Shown here in pieces: positions 36,738 through 52,104 of a DNA stretch of 64,000 nt. The stretch covers positions 828-64,827 of the forward strand of contig CAINEX010000051.1 in the NCBI GenBank assembly GCA_903847935.1, written 5' to 3'. The stretch is from an uncultured Spartobacteria bacterium. GTDB lineage: Bacteria; Verrucomicrobiota; Verrucomicrobiia; Chthoniobacterales; UBA6821. Every line of letters begins with the position of its first letter. Position 1 is the stretch's first letter. Position numbers and translations under genes: made by a program. A model generated the notes under the pieces. It was not told the DNA's origin, did not search any database, and saw nothing but the letters and a program-made list of their open reading frames with translations.

Positions 36738-38123
36738 TCAGCCCTCAATTTTGCGCTCACGAGGATCGATCAGAATCCGACTGGCAAGGAGACAGGAGGC
36801 ACAGAGGAGCGTAATCCCAAGGAAGTAGATGCTGTGTCTCGTAAAATGGAATGGGCCAGAGACATGATCCAGATTGCCCAGAGCATCTAGAAGCCAGCCC
36901 CAGAGAACAGGAACGATACCAAGCCCCAAACCAGTGATTACGGTGGTCAGCGCAAAGTAATGATTCTTCCCATAGTCAGGGACCACGGACATCCCGAGGT
37001 GAAGCGAGGCAAGATTGAAAGCGGCCACAGCCATGCCACCCACCACATTGAGGAGGAGAACCAGCGGCCAAGAAGGGGTAATCACATCTGCCGCCATCGC
37101 AAACCAGACAGCTAAAACGAGGGTGAAAAGAACAATCGAACCGCGGATAGTAGGAAGGCTCCCGAATCGGTCGATACGGTGACCGAGTACCTGCAGGATC
37201 AGCAGGGGTGCGAGGAATGTCCCCGAGGTGAGAGCATAGATCGCGGACGGCGAGAAGTGCGCCTGAATTCTGAGATATTCCACGGGAAAGACGCCCAATC
37301 CACCACCCACCGTTCCAAAGAGAAGGCTGAAGAGGACCGAATTCCTCAAGGGCTTCTGAGCAATCATCGATCGGAGCGAGACTGGTTCGGCTGAGGAGAT
37401 CATCCCCTCGTGATGCTCCCGATCCGGAATACGGCGCATGTAATAAATACTGATCAGGGCACCCAGCAGAGAGAAGCAGAGGACAAGGGAGTATCTCCAA
37501 GGCACGACATGACCGCTCATCAGCAACGAGGAGAGGAGCATGGTGAGGAAAGCCCCTCCGTAGGTGAAGGAGTGATCGATCGAGATAAAGCGCCCCCGCA
37601 TCTCACCACCAACCATGCTGGTCACCCATGGCAGGAAAGCAGCCGAGGAGATACCCCTCAAGAGATAGAAGAAAAAAAGACTGCCGACGAGCAGGGCAAG
37701 CCTCCACTCCCTGGAAAGAAAAAAAAGGAGCGGTATCACCGCAGAAGTGGCGATGAAGAGCGTGCGCATCGTCCATCCCATCAGTGTGAAGGAGCGATAA
37801 CTGTACTTTCCCAAGTAACGTGCCGCCGGCAACTGAAGGATAGTCATTAACGGCAGAAAGGCGGCAATGATTCCGAGGATCAGGGAACTGGCCCCCAGAT
37901 CCTTCGCCAGCAAAACAATCGGGGCACCCCCGATGATCTGGAAGCAGAGGGAGTTATAAAAATTGAACCAGTGAAAGTTAAAGACTCCCTGTGAATAGGG
38001 AACTGGAAGGAGGCCAAAGAAGCCTACATAGCGAGGATTAGATGCCTGAGGAGAATTCTCGGAGGTTTTCACATGAGTTTTTGCGATCATTCGGCATATG
38101 TCAGAGATCCGAAAAACAGACAT
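36738..38123 (-). CDS. MFS transporter
   Basis: About 12 predicted helices in two 6-helix halves, 461 aa. The substrate is unknown. Confidence 0.75.
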   Translation of the reverse strand: MSVFRISDICRMIAKTHVKTSENSPQASNPRYVGFFGLLPVPYSQGVFNFHWFNFYNSLCFQIIGGAPIVLLAKDLGASSLILGIIAAFLPLMTILQLPAARYLGKYSYRSFTLMGWTMRTLFIATSAVIPLLFFLSREWRLALLVGSLFFFYLLRGISSAAFLPWVTSMVGGEMRGRFISIDHSFTYGGAFLTMLLSSLLMSGHVVPWRYSLVLCFSLLGALISIYYMRRIPDREHHEGMISSAEPVSLRSMIAQKPLRNSVLFSLLFGTVGGGLGVFPVEYLRIQAHFSPSAIYALTSGTFLAPLLILQVLGHRIDRFGSLPTIRGSIVLFTLVLAVWFAMAADVITPSWPLVLLLNVVGGMAVAAFNLASLHLGMSVVPDYGKNHYFALTTVITGLGLGIVPVLWGWLLDALGNLDHVSGPFHFTRHSIYFLGITLLCASCLLASRILIDPRERKIEG

Positions 38124-38178
38124 CCGATTGCTATTTTTTGAACCACGCCCCTAACCCCTGCATTTTAGGATCAACAGC

Positions 38179-39690
38179 TCAAGAGCGACTCTTGAGATGG
38201 GGAAAGAGGATGACCTCGCGGATCGACTCAGCCCCAGTCAGAAGCATGACCAAGCGATCAATTCCAATCCCGATGCCACCCGCCGGAGGCATGCCATATT
38301 CTAGGGCCTCCAGGAACTCGGTGTCGATCTTCTGCCGTTCCTCGCCGGCCTGGTGCTCAAGACGCTCGCGCTGAAGATCTGGGTCATTCAGCTCCGAATA
38401 ACCCGGGGAGATCTCCTGCCCATTGATGATTAATTCGTAGACATCGACGGTCGATGGATCGGCGTCATTCAGGCGGGCCAAGGGTACTAAATCCTTGGGC
38501 ACATGGGTGACAAAGCAGGGATCTATGGTCTTCTCCTCCACAAGCTTTTCAAAAACATGCTGGGTCATCTCGAAGTCTGCGGAGCAATGGGTGATATCGA
38601 GTTTGAGTTCGGAACAGCGCTGTCTCTTCCGCTCCGTATCCAGTGCAAACCATCCGGGAACCGCCTCTTCGATGAGGTCATGGTATGAGGCCCTCTTCCA
38701 GGGGCGGGAGAGATTGAGCGTGCGGGTAATGTTTCCATCACTATCCCTATGGTGGACTTGGTGATCTTCATTGCCGAGCATGACGGCAAGGTGGCAGATC
38801 AACTCCTCGACCATCACGGACATGAGCTTGAAATCGGCATAGGCCCAGTAGGCCTCGAGCATCGTGAACTCGGGATTGTGACGGCGAGAGATCCCCTCGT
38901 TACGGAAGCTCCTATTGAGCTCGAACACCTTCGGAAACCCCGCAACCAGCAGCCTCTTGAGATAGAGTTCGGGAGCGATCCTTAGGAAAAAATCCATCCC
39001 CAAGGCGTTGTGATGAGTCTTGAAAGGCTCGGCCGCAGCTCCTCCGGGAACTGCCTGCATCATTGGGGTCTCGACCTCGATGAATCCGCGATCGTCAAGA
39101 AATCTCCTAATCTCACGCACGATGGCCGAGCGCTGGAGGAAGACCTCGCGCGAGGAGGCATTGGAGATCAGGTCGAGATAGCGCTGTCGGTAGCGGGTCT
39201 CGGCGTCCTGAACACCATGATACTTGTCAGGAAGGGGGCGGAGAGACTTCGAGAGGATAACCAAACGGTTGGCGCGGATACTTGATTCGCCCGTGCGGGT
39301 CGTAAAGCACTCACCCTCGACACCCGCGAAATCACCGATATCCAACTGGGCGGCCACCGCAAGCGAGTTCGCATCGAGTTCCTTTGTATTCAGATAGACC
39401 TGCATCCGTCCCCCGATATCGGAGAGATCGAGAAAGCGACTCTTGCCCATATCGCGGTAAGCGGTGATTCGGCCGGCCAATGAAACGGCTTTTCCCTCGG
39501 CAAAGGAGTCCTTGACGTCGGCAACCGTGCCGCTGCTCTCGAATGCGGATCCAAAGGGATCAACACCATGGTCACGCAGGACCTGAAGTTTCTGCCGACG
39601 AACGGCAATGAGTTCGCTAATCGGTGAGGATGATTGTGATGACTGTTCCACACACAAAGAGCAAACGGAGAGACCCGTTCGATCAATCAA
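38179..39690 (-). CDS. lysS: Lysine--tRNA ligase (class II)
   Basis: OB-fold N-domain and class II motifs (RNEGISRRHNPEFTMLE, GGIGIGIDRLVMLL). The track start is TTG at 39690, and a GTG at 39651 is an alternative. Confidence 0.95.
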   Translation of the reverse strand: MIDRTGLSVCSLCVEQSSQSSSPISELIAVRRQKLQVLRDHGVDPFGSAFESSGTVADVKDSFAEGKAVSLAGRITAYRDMGKSRFLDLSDIGGRMQVYLNTKELDANSLAVAAQLDIGDFAGVEGECFTTRTGESSIRANRLVILSKSLRPLPDKYHGVQDAETRYRQRYLDLISNASSREVFLQRSAIVREIRRFLDDRGFIEVETPMMQAVPGGAAAEPFKTHHNALGMDFFLRIAPELYLKRLLVAGFPKVFELNRSFRNEGISRRHNPEFTMLEAYWAYADFKLMSVMVEELICHLAVMLGNEDHQVHHRDSDGNITRTLNLSRPWKRASYHDLIEEAVPGWFALDTERKRQRCSELKLDITHCSADFEMTQHVFEKLVEEKTIDPCFVTHVPKDLVPLARLNDADPSTVDVYELIINGQEISPGYSELNDPDLQRERLEHQAGEERQKIDTEFLEALEYGMPPAGGIGIGIDRLVMLLTGAESIREVILFPHLKSRS

Positions 39691-39773
39691 AAACGGAGAA
39701 GAATCTACGAGAGACAGGAAAACATTTTTATCAGCTGAGAATATTTCATGCGACTTCAGGTGGGTTTTTACAA

Positions 39774-40655
39774 CTAAGATCGAACCAACTCCGCGGCTAA
39801 CCTCACAGCTGAGAGGAAGCTGTCGGGTCGTACACGCCCACTACCGGCCAGTTCGTAGGCTGTGCCGTGATCCGGACTGGTCCGCACAAAGGGAAGACCC
39901 AGCGTGACATTTACCCCCTCGTGGAAGGCTATGAGCTTGAGAGGGATTAGCCCTTGGTCGTGGTACATGCAGAGCACTGCATCAAACTCACCTTCCGCCG
40001 CACGCCAAAAAATTGTGTCAGGGCTAAAGGGTCCCGCAAAAGAACTCTTTGGATTCGCTGCCGCCAGCAAGGCAAGAGCCGGGGTAATAAGGCGCATCTC
40101 TTCGTCTCCTAAATCCCCCTGTTCACCGGCATGGGGGTTGAGTCCGGCAACGGCGATCCGGGGAGATCCAATCCCACGACGCAAGAGATGATCCGAGAGC
40201 AATCCCCCCACCCTCGCTATCTCTTCCGTCGTGAGTTGTCCGGCAACATCCCTAAGGGGCACGTGTGCCGTGACAAGAGCAACGGTCAGGGAACCTCCGG
40301 TGAGGAGCATGGCGAAATTTTCCACCCCTGCTCGGGCGGCGAAGAATTCGGTCTGTCCGGGGAATGCGAAGCCGGCTTCATGAAGCCCCCTCTTGTTGAC
40401 AGGTCCGGTCACAATGCCATCGATTTCACCCGAGAGTGCAAGGGTCGCGGACTCTTCAAGCGCTGCGATCGCAGACTCGGAGCCTTTCCGGTCGGGTTGC
40501 CCAGGTTGACGGGGAGTGGGGTCACCGATTACCCTAAACTCAATGCCCTCGGGGGGGAGACAAACGGCATGGGCAAGCAACTCTGGACCGACTCCTGCAG
40601 GATCACCCGCAACAAGGCCGATGACTCTCCTGCTTCTTGATGTCGGGGAGGACAT
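39774..40655 (-). CDS. pdxA: 4-hydroxythreonine-4-phosphate dehydrogenase
   Basis: Contains GDPAGVGPEL, LNPHAGE and SPDHGTAYELAGSG. Confidence 0.9.
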   Translation of the reverse strand: MSSPTSRSRRVIGLVAGDPAGVGPELLAHAVCLPPEGIEFRVIGDPTPRQPGQPDRKGSESAIAALEESATLALSGEIDGIVTGPVNKRGLHEAGFAFPGQTEFFAARAGVENFAMLLTGGSLTVALVTAHVPLRDVAGQLTTEEIARVGGLLSDHLLRRGIGSPRIAVAGLNPHAGEQGDLGDEEMRLITPALALLAAANPKSSFAGPFSPDTIFWRAAEGEFDAVLCMYHDQGLIPLKLIAFHEGVNVTLGLPFVRTSPDHGTAYELAGSGRVRPDSFLSAVRLAAELVRS

Positions 40656-40670
40656 GAAGGAATGCTCCGG

Positions 40671-41651
40671 TCAGAGAATTTTGATGTATGCCTGATCCCT
40701 GAGGGTTTTCAGCCAACGTTCCTGAGCCTTGATTTTCTCCTGCTGGATCAGGTTCTGCACAATTTCGTCCTGGACCTGGGAGAGCGGTTTGGTGACGGCG
40801 GGTTTCGTAGATTCGACCATGAGGATGTAATAGGCGTTGTCCAAGGGGATCACCGGACTGATCTCGCCCGTCTTCAGGGAGAAAGCCACCCTGGCAAGAT
40901 CCTCATTAAGGGTCTTGCGTTCGATCCACCCCCAATCACCTCCGGCATCCTTGGTGGAATCGTCAGAATACATCTGCGCAAGGCGATCGAACTCAGCACC
41001 CCCTGCCAGTTTTTCGTGGATTTCCTGGGCCATCTCCTTCTTGCTCAGTGAGGCATCCGTGGGAGCATCACCCGTTGCGCTCCCTTCGTGGAGGACGATC
41101 ATCCTGAGCTTGACCTGCGCCGGAGACGTGTAGGCGGCGCTGTTCTTATTGTAGTAGTCTCGGATCTTCAGGGGTGAGACGATGATATTATCGCTGACCT
41201 TGGACTGGCGCATCGCCTGAACGACCATCTTGTCCTTCTGCACTTCGCGGAATCGTGCCATCGTGTACCCTTGGGCCTGAAGCGTCCTGACAAAGGCGGC
41301 ACGGTCTCCTCCGAAATCCGTGCGGATGATCCTCTGCACAGTATCATCGATCATATAGTCAGGAATGGTGAATTCCTTCTTTTTGAACTCCTGAAGAATG
41401 AGGGAACGGTCGATGAGATCCTGAATCGCCTGCTGACGCATCTCCTTAACCTTATTTTCCAATTCCGCACCGTGATAGATCTCGGCGGCAGACTTCTCCT
41501 GGGCGGCCATCAGTTCCCGCACCTGCGAAAAGGTGACGACGTCACCATTGACCACGGCGGCGATACCGTTGATCACCTCTTCGGCCGCATTCAGGGAGAC
41601 CGAAGCCGCGACGAAAAGATAACAGATGGTTAGGATTCGGAAGTTGATCAT
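40671..41651 (-). CDS. Periplasmic peptidyl-prolyl isomerase, SurA/PpiC-type
   Basis: Signal-like N-terminus, SurA-like N-domain and a parvulin domain (GGDWGWIERKTL). It is adjacent to pdxA, as in the proteobacterial surA-pdxA arrangement. Confidence 0.8.
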   Translation of the reverse strand: MINFRILTICYLFVAASVSLNAAEEVINGIAAVVNGDVVTFSQVRELMAAQEKSAAEIYHGAELENKVKEMRQQAIQDLIDRSLILQEFKKKEFTIPDYMIDDTVQRIIRTDFGGDRAAFVRTLQAQGYTMARFREVQKDKMVVQAMRQSKVSDNIIVSPLKIRDYYNKNSAAYTSPAQVKLRMIVLHEGSATGDAPTDASLSKKEMAQEIHEKLAGGAEFDRLAQMYSDDSTKDAGGDWGWIERKTLNEDLARVAFSLKTGEISPVIPLDNAYYILMVESTKPAVTKPLSQVQDEIVQNLIQQEKIKAQERWLKTLRDQAYIKIL

Positions 41652-41690
41652 GATGGTGGGAAATGCCGAAAAAGGGATCTGGGGAAAATC

Positions 41691-44984
<3,294 letters not shown>

Positions 44985-44988
44985 ACCG

Positions 44989-45846
44989 TCACTTCATGAT
45001 CTGGCCCGACTTTGATGCAAAACGTAGATACTCCCGGGCAAGACTTAACGGAAGATTGAAATCAGGGAGTTTTTTCCCATCCAGAAGAGCCACCGGCATG
45101 ACGCCTAATCTTGAATTGGTGATGGCAAGGGCCAGTGCCCCCCTCAAATCAAGAATCTTCAACTCACGCTCCTCAACGGGAGTTTGACCGCACACCCATG
45201 CCAGGAGAACTCCTCGACGCGCGCCCGAACTTGCACACGGAGTACAGAGCACAGGAGTACCTTTTTTCTTAGAGGATTTCAGCCAAACCAAGAGATTCCC
45301 CATCGCACAGGAAAGAACCCTCCTTTTTGGATCAACGACGACCGCCTCGTCTGCTCCTAGCGACTTGGCTTCTTGCAGAGCATGGAGATGGTCCGCGTAA
45401 TTACCCCATTTCTCCCCCCACGTCGTCCTGTTAACTGGCAGTTCCAGGGAATGAAGGGCATACCCCCTCCGAAGATCCCCCGGGGTGGGGAAACGGAGTG
45501 GATCCCAAGTCACGTAGCAGGGGGATTGTCTGACACTCTCTCCGGGAAGCCCCGGACCCGCCGTGAGATAAATCCTAAGCATCCCATCCGCTAGGTTTAG
45601 CTTGTCAGAAAACAGACGAAGAGCAGCGGCAAGGTCCCGTGAAAAACTCAACTGCTGCCTCTTGGCCGCTTCATCAAGCAGCTTCAGATGTTCTTCAACC
45701 AGCAGGGCTCTCCCCTCGCGGATCGCAATACTCTCAAAAACATGCTGCCCGTAGCGGAATCCACGGTCAACCAACGGAATAGTCCCGTCGAAGAGGGAAA
45801 GCTTTCCTCCCATCCATCGCCATGCCCTGAACTTGCTCCGACTCAT
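44989..45846 (-). CDS. Class IV aminotransferase family protein (aminodeoxychorismate lyase-like)
   Basis: DRGFRYGQHVFESI is the class IV fold signature. I prefer the ATG at 45846 (MSRSKF) because it avoids overlap with the upstream gene. Confidence 0.75.
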   Translation of the reverse strand: MSRSKFRAWRWMGGKLSLFDGTIPLVDRGFRYGQHVFESIAIREGRALLVEEHLKLLDEAAKRQQLSFSRDLAAALRLFSDKLNLADGMLRIYLTAGPGLPGESVRQSPCYVTWDPLRFPTPGDLRRGYALHSLELPVNRTTWGEKWGNYADHLHALQEAKSLGADEAVVVDPKRRVLSCAMGNLLVWLKSSKKKGTPVLCTPCASSGARRGVLLAWVCGQTPVEERELKILDLRGALALAITNSRLGVMPVALLDGKKLPDFNLPLSLAREYLRFASKSGQIMK

Positions 45847-45856
45847 GGCCGGGGAT

Positions 45857-47305
45857 TCATTTTTCGGAAATGATGCTCGAGAGTCTCTCAAGTCGCTTAC
45901 GCAGCGTAGCGCGGGTGATGCCGAGCAACTTGGAGGCTTTCACCTGATTGCGCTTGGTTAACTCCATGGCTCGCCTTGTGAAATCCTCTTCGACCCAGGA
46001 AAGAAGTTCCCGGTCATCTCCCTCGCGGACAAGAGCCTTAAAAAGGGCGGAGGCCGCCTCTTCCACGGTCAGGTCGGAATAGTTTCTGATAGCCAACTCC
46101 GAAGCTTCCTTCACGTTGCTCACTTGGCCCAAGGGCAGGTCTTTCGGAAGGAGAACATCGCTCGTTGCCAAGACACAGGCACGCTGGAGCGTGTTCTGAA
46201 GCTCGCGTACATTACCGGGCCAGGGATAGGCCTCCATGATCTTGATCGTCTCGGCGGAGAGTTGCAGGAGGGGACGGTGCTGTGAATTGGCGATTCGGGA
46301 GAGGAAATACTCGGCCAGCAGGCGGATATCCTCGACCCTGGCACGGAGAGGCGGAAGGTGGATTCCGACAACATTGAGCCGGTAGAAAAGATCCTCACGG
46401 AACTCTTTGGCCACGATTGCCTGCTCAAGATTGCGGTTCGTGGCCGCAACAATGCGTACGTTCGCCTTGATCGTGGCATTGCCACCCACTCGCGAGAACT
46501 CTCCCTCCTGAAGGACCCTGAGAAGCTTGCTTTGGACGGTGAGGGGCATCTCGCCGATCTCATCAAGGAATAAGGTCCCGCCATTGCACTGCTCGAACCT
46601 TCCGATGCGTTGTGTTGCCGCCCCGGTGAAGGATCCCTTCTCATGCCCGAAGAGCTCACTCTCCAGGAGATTTTCGGGGATTGCCGCACAGTTGATGGCC
46701 AGAAGACTCTTCTTGCTCCGCTCGCTGTAGTTATGGATGGCACGGGCGACTAACTCCTTTCCGGAACCGCTCTCTCCGGTTATCAGCACGGGGGCATCGC
46801 TCATGGCGACCCGTCCCACCATTTTGAAGACCGATTGCATGGCCTCGGACTGGCCAACAATATCGTCCCGGTACTGCTCGACGGTGAGAGCTGGCTTTGT
46901 AGGGGATGCGGTGCGCAACTCGGCGGCGGCCCTGAGCGCACTATCGACCACTACTTTCATCGTGAAAGGGAGCGACTCCTTTCTCAGAAAGTCAAAGGCC
47001 CCTAGCTTCATCGACTCGATGACGGCCTGCGTCGTGCCGAATGCACTCATGATGATGACCATGGCGTTGGAGGACTCGGCCCTAATCTTGGCTAGAAGAT
47101 CAAGTCCACCGGCGGGTCGCAGGTGCATCTCGGTGATGACGAGGTCCGGTTTCTCAAGGCAGAAGATCTTGAAAGCATTGCTCGCATTTGTCTCTGTAAT
47201 GACCTTGACTCCCGAGGCTTTCAGTTGGAGTCGTGCCCAGTCGAGGAAATCGGTCTCGCTGTCAACGATAAGGACTGTTTGGTTGCTGACGGATGGTATG
47301 CTCAT
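45857..47305 (-). CDS. Sigma-54-dependent transcriptional activator with atypical receiver domain
   Basis: REC-like N-terminus, AAA+ core ([34 protein letters not shown]) and a Fis-type HTH ([16 protein letters not shown]). Confidence 0.9.
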   Translation of the reverse strand: MSIPSVSNQTVLIVDSETDFLDWARLQLKASGVKVITETNASNAFKIFCLEKPDLVITEMHLRPAGGLDLLAKIRAESSNAMVIIMSAFGTTQAVIESMKLGAFDFLRKESLPFTMKVVVDSALRAAAELRTASPTKPALTVEQYRDDIVGQSEAMQSVFKMVGRVAMSDAPVLITGESGSGKELVARAIHNYSERSKKSLLAINCAAIPENLLESELFGHEKGSFTGAATQRIGRFEQCNGGTLFLDEIGEMPLTVQSKLLRVLQEGEFSRVGGNATIKANVRIVAATNRNLEQAIVAKEFREDLFYRLNVVGIHLPPLRARVEDIRLLAEYFLSRIANSQHRPLLQLSAETIKIMEAYPWPGNVRELQNTLQRACVLATSDVLLPKDLPLGQVSNVKEASELAIRNYSDLTVEEAASALFKALVREGDDRELLSWVEEDFTRRAMELTKRNQVKASKLLGITRATLRKRLERLSSIISEK

Positions 47306-48075
47306 GAAAGAGTGATGGATGGTGCGGGATTCTCCCGGGCCTCACCGAAACGACGTTCCCGGGAAGCATAATCGGCAATCGCGGCGTGAAGATCCTCAGG
47401 GCCAAAATCAGGCCACAGCTTCCGGGTGACATGGATCTCGGTATAGCTGAGCTGCCAGAGCAGGAAGTTTGAGATTCTCATCTCGCCAGAAGTCCTGATG
47501 AGAAGATCAGGATCAGGCAGACCCCGGGTGTAGAGATGATCCGAAATGGTGTCTGCATCGATCGCTTCGGGCTCGATTGATCCGCCGCGCACTTCTGCCG
47601 CAATCGACCTGAACGCATCAACGATCTCCTCTCGCCCCCCGTAATTGAGTGCAAGGGTCAGTGTCAACCGGGTGTTGTGAGCCGTCTCAGCAATGGCGCG
47701 CTCAAGGCGCTTGCGTGCAGGTCCTGGAAGATCATGTGTTCGTCCAATGGTCGACAAACGCACCCCGTTCTCGTTCATCATGGCCACTTTCTCGGAAAGA
47801 AAACGCTCCAGAAGAAGCATGAGTCCGGCAACCTCGTGTGCGGGACGCTTCCAGTTCTCTGTGGAGAATGCGTAGAGGGTAAGGTATTGGACGCCAGCGT
47901 CAAGGCAGGCATTGGCAACTCTCTCAACGGCAAGCGATCCCTGCTCGTGCCCTTTGAGACGTAACCAACCCCGCTCTCGGGCCCACCTCCCATTGCCATC
48001 CATGATGATGGCAATGTGCTTGGGAATATTTTGTATCGCCGGCTTATTGGAATCTGAACTCACTGGGAAATCCAT
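47302..48075 (-). CDS. uppS: Isoprenyl transferase (undecaprenyl-diphosphate synthase)
   Basis: Contains HIAIIMDGNGRWA, FSTENWKRP and RTSGEMRISNFLLWQ. The stop overlaps the downstream start (ATGA). Confidence 0.95.
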   Translation of the reverse strand: MDFPVSSDSNKPAIQNIPKHIAIIMDGNGRWARERGWLRLKGHEQGSLAVERVANACLDAGVQYLTLYAFSTENWKRPAHEVAGLMLLLERFLSEKVAMMNENGVRLSTIGRTHDLPGPARKRLERAIAETAHNTRLTLTLALNYGGREEIVDAFRSIAAEVRGGSIEPEAIDADTISDHLYTRGLPDPDLLIRTSGEMRISNFLLWQLSYTEIHVTRKLWPDFGPEDLHAAIADYASRERRFGEARENPAPSITLS

Positions 48076-48115
48076 GAAAACAGGGCCAATTCAGGGGTTT
48101 GAATCACCCTGTCTC

Positions 48116-49447
<1,332 letters not shown>

Positions 49448-49549
49448 TCAGGAAACAAAGGGCAAGAAAATAACAGCTTTGTTTCTGAGGAGAGGGGACT
49501 TTGGAGGGGGGTCTCAACGTCACACAGAGTGCCGAGCACTTTCGAGGGA

Positions 49550-52048
49550 TCAACCGAAGAGTGGAAGTTCAGTCGTCGGATCGGGAGCCCCGTTTATTTT
49601 ACGACGTGTCCCGGCAAGTTTCGGGCGCCCCTCTGCATTGAGCTCAGCTTTTTCCAGATTGGTCAGAATCTCTCGCGCCCTTTCCACAACGGCGGCAGGA
49701 AGCCCTGCAAGTCGCGCCACTTGGATGCCATAGCTACGATCAGCCGCCCCATCAATGATCTTGCGGAGAAAGACGATGCGGTCATTCTGCTCGCGCACAG
49801 CGACATTCAGATTCCTCACTCCGGCGCGTGTCCTAGAAAGATCTGGAAGCTCATGGTAGTGGGTTGCAAAAAAAGTTCTCGATCCGGTGATATCGTGAAG
49901 GTGCTCGGCGACGCTCCAGGCGATGGAAAGACCGTCGAAGGTGGCCGTTCCACGCCCAATCTCATCGAGAAGGACCAGGCTCCGGGAGGTGGCATTATGG
50001 AGGATGTTCGCCGTCTCGTTCATCTCGACCATAAAAGTGGAGTGCCCTCTGGAGAGATCGTCACTGGCACCGACCCTCGTGAAGATACGGTCGGTCACGC
50101 CGATTCGAGCCGAGGTTGAGGGGATCCAGCTTCCGATCTGAGCCATGACCGTCAGGAGACCAACCTGACGGAGGTAGGTTGATTTTCCAGCCATGTTCGG
50201 CCCGGTGATAATGCCCATACGATGAGCCGAGGCATCAAGGTCGGTGTCGTTGGGGACAAACGCCTCTCCTCCCGGTCGTTGATCGAGTACCGGATGACGT
50301 CCAGCCTCGATGAGAAGAACCGTGGAATCATCAACTACTGGCTTGGAGTAAGCGTAGAGGCGAGCCGTCTCAGCCAGCGAAGCGAGCGCATCAAGTGCTC
50401 CAGCAGATGCCGCAATCTCCTGCAAGGGGATGACCTGCTTCAACACAGCGAGTCTTAACCGGTGAAAGATCTCGATCTCAAGCGCCTTGGCCCTCTCCTC
50501 GGCCCCCAGGATTTTCCCTTCCATCTCCTTAAGTTCGGGAGTAACAAAACGCTCGCCTCCGGCCGTCGTCTGCTTGCGGGTGTAATCATCGGGAACGTTC
50601 CCGAGGTTAGCAGTAGTGATCTCGATGAAATATCCAAAAACAGCATTGAAACGAACTTTCAGCGACTTGATCCCTGTACGCCGGATCTCCTGCTCCTGAA
50701 GCGCGGCGATCCACTCCTTCCCTTCGGTTGAAGCCCTTCTGAGTTCGTCCAACGCCTCGTCGAATCCCGGGCGGATCATCCCACCCTCGCGGATCGTCGG
50801 GGGAGGTTCCGGAACCATGGCGGCTTCAAGATGACTGGTCAGTTCCGGAAGCGGATGAAGCGCTGCAGCAAGCTCCTGGAGAAGTCCCTTGTCGCTAAAG
50901 GAGAGGCTTTCCCGAATGAGGGGAACCGCCGCAAGCGATGCAGCCAGTACGGCGAGATCCCTCGCAGTTCCAGAGCTTTGACTTAATCTGGAAACGGCCC
51001 GTTCAATATCCCTGACCCCGCGCAGCAGTTCCCTCACATCACAAAGCTTCATGGGAGATGCCACATACACGCCGATGGCATCCTGACGAGCTGCAATTGC
51101 ATTCGGTGCTATTAGCGGTCGCAGGATCCAATCGCGAAGCGTGCGGGCTCCCATCGGGGTAACCGTCCGGTCGAGTGCTCCAAGCAGCGTCATGCCCCGA
51201 CCTCCGCGGGACTGCACAAGTTCCAGGTGGGTCTGCGTCGGAGCATCCAGAAGAAGGTGCTCCGTCTGTCGGTAGGCATGCAGGGAACAGAGATGGCTGG
51301 CATCTCTACGGAGGATACGTGTGAGGTAGTGAAGGAGGGCTCCTGCGGCCGAGACTCCGCTCGGAAGATCAGCCACACCAAAGCCATCCAGTGAATGAAC
51401 CTTGAAATGCGACGTAAGGAGTTCCGTGGCGGCCATCGGATCAAAGAGATAGCTCTCGACCTCCTCGATTGATGGAAAGCCAGGCGGAAGCCTTTCGCGA
51501 AGATCCCCCAACAGATTTTTGCCGCTGTCTGGAACAAGGATCTCGGCAGGAGCCACGCGTACCACCTCATCAATCAACGCATCTAGGTTGGCCAACTCGG
51601 TGATCCTGAACTCTCCGGTGCTCAGGTCGGCACAGGCGAAGCCGAAAACTCCTCCCTCCTTTGTAGGGGGAAGCAGGGCAACAGTGAAATTATGATTTTT
51701 TTCCTCCAACCCAGCATCCTCAAGGGTTCCCGGACTAAGGATTCGTGAAATTTCACGACGGACGAGTTTCCCTGCCTGCACCTCGCCGACCTGCTCGCAG
51801 AGGGCCACCCGCCTCCCTGCAGCCAAAAGCTTCTCCATATAGCCACGCGCGGCATGATAGGGGACACCGCACATCGGCACCTCCCCCCTCTTCGTGAGGG
51901 CCACATTCAGGATCGACGAGGCCTCCCTAGCATCTTCAAAGAACATCTCGTAGAAATCCCCAAGCCGGAAGAGCAGCAAGGTGCCGGGGGGACGTTCGCG
52001 CCTCATGGCGTGATACTGCTTCATCATCGGCGTTGCCTCGGAAGCCAT
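49550..52048 (-). CDS. mutS: DNA mismatch repair protein MutS
   Basis: TPMMKQYHAM start, Walker A GPNMAGKSTY and STFMVEM. Confidence 0.96.
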   Translation of the reverse strand: MASEATPMMKQYHAMRRERPPGTLLLFRLGDFYEMFFEDAREASSILNVALTKRGEVPMCGVPYHAARGYMEKLLAAGRRVALCEQVGEVQAGKLVRREISRILSPGTLEDAGLEEKNHNFTVALLPPTKEGGVFGFACADLSTGEFRITELANLDALIDEVVRVAPAEILVPDSGKNLLGDLRERLPPGFPSIEEVESYLFDPMAATELLTSHFKVHSLDGFGVADLPSGVSAAGALLHYLTRILRRDASHLCSLHAYRQTEHLLLDAPTQTHLELVQSRGGRGMTLLGALDRTVTPMGARTLRDWILRPLIAPNAIAARQDAIGVYVASPMKLCDVRELLRGVRDIERAVSRLSQSSGTARDLAVLAASLAAVPLIRESLSFSDKGLLQELAAALHPLPELTSHLEAAMVPEPPPTIREGGMIRPGFDEALDELRRASTEGKEWIAALQEQEIRRTGIKSLKVRFNAVFGYFIEITTANLGNVPDDYTRKQTTAGGERFVTPELKEMEGKILGAEERAKALEIEIFHRLRLAVLKQVIPLQEIAASAGALDALASLAETARLYAYSKPVVDDSTVLLIEAGRHPVLDQRPGGEAFVPNDTDLDASAHRMGIITGPNMAGKSTYLRQVGLLTVMAQIGSWIPSTSARIGVTDRIFTRVGASDDLSRGHSTFMVEMNETANILHNATSRSLVLLDEIGRGTATFDGLSIAWSVAEHLHDITGSRTFFATHYHELPDLSRTRAGVRNLNVAVREQNDRIVFLRKIIDGAADRSYGIQVARLAGLPAAVVERAREILTNLEKAELNAEGRPKLAGTRRKINGAPDPTTELPLFG

Positions 52049-52104
52049 AAATCAGGATTTCAGAATCAAGAATGTTATCAGATAGTCCTGAAAAAATCCA
52101 GGTT

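Noticed and set aside
39691-39773. T-box or other leader upstream of lysS, and likewise 60979-61080 upstream of glyQS.
   Set aside because: The spacers are about 80-100 nt. They have no specifier-loop/T-box sequence and no terminator/antiterminator pair.
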